This document shows positions 60,434 through 64,000 of a stretch of DNA of 64,000 nucleotides, piece by piece. The stretch lies in assembly GCF_009914755.1 (NCBI RefSeq), contig NC_060929.1; one strand, given 5' to 3'. The notes under the pieces are model-generated. The model was not told the DNA's origin and ran no database searches. It was given only the letters and a program-made list of their open reading frames with translations. How positions within the stretch are numbered: position 1 is the stretch's first letter; every line of letters starts with the position of its first letter. The stretch is from the human T2T-CHM13v2.0 reference genome, Homo sapiens. The translations under genes were made by a program, and so were the position numbers.

Positions 60434-62362
60434 TTCCTTTTCTTTTTCTAAGTGAACAAATACAAAAAAAAAAAAAGGAGAATTAATAAAATAGTCATGT
60501 ACTCATGACTAAAAATGCCACCTTTTCACATCTGTACCATGGATTAATTTGGAAAGAGAAGGAGACAGCACAGGCAGTTGAAGTTGGCCTTCCTCCGCTG
60601 CAGCCTGCTACCTAGGCTTGCCCTTTCTTTGCCACAGTCGTCTTCTGAGAACTATCATGTGACCCTTTCAAATGAAAACGTGGTCACATGATACTCTTAA
60701 AAATTAATTTTCCTACTCCAGCATCATTTGATCGTGTTCTCACCTGCAAAGAAATGGAATCGAAGCCCTCACCTTACACAAACCAGTCCAGTCCCTATAG
60801 GAATGAGCTCACCCACAAACACGCCCACCCTTCTTCCTGCTACTCGGAGCACCCTTCCTATCTGCAGGAACAGACTTTTTCAATGATGTGAGACTAAAAT
60901 AGTTCTGCATACTTAGTTCTTTGAAAATTCATTTTGTGGACTGCTGTGAAATCTAAATGTGCAAACACATATGCTCTCCAATTAGGCCTAGCACAACTCG
61001 GGCTGAAGTTTCAAGTTACTCAAAATATGCCTCTGAACAAATCAGCACAATTTTGTGTTACCTCCCATGGTCAGGCTGAATTCAAGGAAATTGCATTTTA
61101 TAACACCCTGTGGTCACTGAAAATTGCTTACCATTAGCCTTACTTTCCAATAAATCACTAGAATAGCTGAAGGTAATTTTAGAGACATGTGGGTGGGCTA
61201 AGGTGACAGAGGTTGAATGAAGAACCAGCATTTTTTTGAGAGGTCCTTTAATGCAGATTTATTCTAAGGATTCTAAAGTGACCCAATTTTTAAAAAAAAT
61301 CTCAAGCATTTTACTACCTAACTTACAAGAAAGTGATGGCCTCTGCAGCCAGAGAAATGAAGTGAAATCCAGCAGTTTCGCTTATATCATACTTTTAATT
61401 TTTCTGTGTAAAGATCACGTTATCTCTATGACACCCATGCAAATGGGACTAAGGGGACATTTTCATCCCATCCACGTCCATGAGGGAGAGCATGGAGAGG
61501 ACAAATGACTCAGCCAAGAGCACAATTAATAAATGATGAAGCTGAGACAAACACCTACATTTCCCTGACCCAGCGTTTTTCCTCTCAGATCATTACCCCT
61601 TACTGGAAACTCCCCTTAGATGATTATGTATCTGAGAACATAGAGAAGAATAGAGTTTACCAAGTTCTCTGGAAGGTTCAATTCAATGAATGCCACTATC
61701 TTACTATTGCCAGGAGGGATGACAGAGCCACATAGTCAATCTGGTATTCACTTTTCTAGCTTGTAACTCCTATATAGATAATAATGGGCAAAGTACTTCA
61801 TCTGCTGATCTTTGGTGTGTCCTCCAATAGTGAACCATAGAGGCTGTACAGGGAAGTAGCAATGCTTGAAGCTCAGACATTCAGGGATGCTGCACTGAGG
61901 TTCCCTTTTCACAGAGGTGGGTGTCTGATGAAGCCTGTTCTAAACTTTGTTTAGCTACAACCATTCTGGGAATGCTAGGTGGACCAGCCATGTGAGGCTT
62001 CAGCCATCCTCCACTGTGCAATTGAGCAGACTCAAACTAAATTATAAAGACAAGCCCTGCCTTGCTGGCAGGACTAGCTCCTAGGCCCTCTGCATGCAGA
62101 AGGTGTGTGATCTTCCATCCAGACTCTATATTGAGGGCTAGGCTCAGCTGAAATCATATGACACCTTTTGTTTGACTATGTACAAAAGAGTGTTTTTAAT
62201 ATCTCTCCGTTCGATCTTCATCCAAGCCTCCATTGAGAAAAAATATAGTATTCCAAGAAAATTAACTTAATGACCCAGATGCTCACAGATAAATCCTGAT
62301 ATCAAGGCAGATGGGCTGAGAGCAGGATAACACTATTGGGTCATGCTGTACATTCCTTCTAA

Positions 62363-62547
62363 GCACAGACACTCACACATTCACACACCCCACACACATA
62401 TCCACACATTAACACACATATCCACACACCACACATATTTACACTCATACATGCACTCACACACATATAAACACCCACCCACAGACACACAACCACCCCC
62501 CCACACACACACAAACATACCACATAGACACCACACACATGCGTACA
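62363..62547. repeat. Degenerate (CA)n low-complexity tract
   Basis: Interrupted cacac/catac repeats. Confidence 0.9.
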
Positions 62548-62597
62548 TAGCACCAGAGCCCTCATCCTGTCCTAAGGTCTTCATAAGAACCAGCCCT

Positions 62598-62907
62598 GGC
62601 CGGGCATGGTGGCTCACATCTGTAATCCCAGTTGTGAGATTGGGAGGCCGAGGCGGGTGGATCACGAGGTCGGGAGTTCAAGACCAGCCTGGCCAAGATG
62701 GTAAAACCCCGTCTCTACTAAAAAATACAAAAATTATGCCTGTAATCCCAGTTACTCAGGAAGCTGAGGCAGGAGAATTGCTTGAACCCAGGAGGCGGGG
62801 GTTGTAGTGAGCCAGGATTACTGCACTCTAGCCTGGGTGGCAGAGCAAGACTCCATCTCAAAAAATAAATAAATAAATAAATACATAAATGAAAAGAAAA
62901 AGAAAAA
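62598..62907 (+). mobile_element. Alu (AluSg-like) with internal indels
   Basis: gatcacgaggtc and ggccaagatgg; (AAAT)n tail; TSD aagaaccagccct at 62585-62597 and 62908-62920. Confidence 0.95.
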
Positions 62908-63062
62908 AAGAACCAGCCCTATGCCCCCTGCAGTGCCCACTGGAGGATGCCTGAGGTACTTGTGAAGGGCACTGATCATGTTCTCTGCCAACCATTCAGA
63001 TAATCTAATCTCTTTCCAATCTCAGTACCACAGGCAGGTGTAAACCCTCAGGGCCCCGGGTA

Positions 63063-63127
63063 GTCTGGGTCCTTACTGTTGATATTTTAAATGTCTGGGT
63101 CCTTGCTGTTGATATTTTAAATGTCTG
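63063..63127. repeat. 30-bp tandem duplication
   Basis: gtctgggtcctt(a/g)ctgttgatattttaaat twice, then gtctg. Confidence 0.95.
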
Positions 63128-63919
63128 CAGATGTTACCCACTGTGAGGTGAGGTCTGTGTTTCCAGCTGTCACAGAGGACAGTCTTAGCTTTATTTCAGC
63201 CCTAACTCTATTCTTCCTTGGTCTTTCCTCTTCTTTTCCCTAACTGCAAATTCATAGCCCTTTGCCGTAGGTTTTGGTGTTTTGGTTGAGCTCCTCCAAA
63301 TTATTTCTCAAAGAAACATATGAACATAGGAGTTAAATACTTAAAATACTAATCTTTGGGTGGATACTAGGTGGATTTTTTTTAAATCACAATATGTATA
63401 GCAAATCTTTAATTTGGAAATCTCATGGAATTAAATGATTAGGAATGTCAAGATAAAAACCATGTTAAAATTCATTTTATACGTCTACTATATTTCATTT
63501 ACCATAACATTTTAATTATTTTTATTGTTTTAAAATTGATTTGAGTAGAAAATACATATTTTAAAGTACCAATTTAAAAAGAACTTCCTTCTCTCCATCC
63601 TTTAAAAAATTTAAATTGGGATACATTTAGACTGAATTTTCACAAAGATAAAATGAAACAAAGCATTTTCACAAATAACTGAATTCACTTTGAGTACAGA
63701 TATCTAAGGTAAGAAAAACTCATAAATCAGTGGCTGTCTAACCCTAGTGTATGGGTTGTAGTGGAGAAACAAGGAAAAGAAAGTTAATCATTCTGTCTAA
63801 AATCTTCACTTGTTCATCAGAAGGGAGAAATGGTGTCTGTGGCTAAATGGCCCATTCGGGTATTTTAACTAAAATGAGGCCAAATGATTCTGCCTGCTTC
63901 CTGTCTTTCTCCTTGCTCA

Positions 63920-63920
<1 letters not shown>

Positions 63921-63970
<50 letters not shown>
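63921..63970. repeat. (CA)n microsatellite
   Basis: About 22 perfect CA units. Confidence 0.97.
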
Positions 63971-63972
<2 letters not shown>

Positions 63973-64000
63973 TATTTTTCCATAGAAATGAAAGCTTTTG

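Noticed and set aside
62343-62807. His/Thr-rich 154-aa ORF
   Set aside because: Translation of a CA-rich tract running into an Alu.

Overview
Primate (most likely human or great-ape) non-coding DNA, dominated by transposable elements. No host protein-coding exon could be supported; the ORF track is retroelement remnants and noise. Main contents: (1) a two-LTR HERV-H provirus on the minus strand (43621-52357) with most of pol present but disrupted, a partly deleted env, a 165-bp tandem duplication of the env C-terminus and a nested 5'-inverted L1PA2-like insertion; (2) a two-LTR, gag-only, tRNA-Pro-primed ERV1 (HUERS-P2/LTR1-like, 7570-12094) inside an old L1M; (3) a truncated MER4 provirus and solo LTRs (THE1, LTR2, MER61, MLT1); (4) nine Alus plus L1, L2, MIR, MER8 and MER20 fragments; (5) a retroposed 5S rRNA pseudogene in one copy of a local ~220-bp duplication whose other copy keeps the empty site. 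I found no evidence of a new biological system. The best findings are mechanistic scars and a strong minus-strand bias of LTR elements. Family names come from recalled consensus sequences, not a search, and mismatch counts are by eye.
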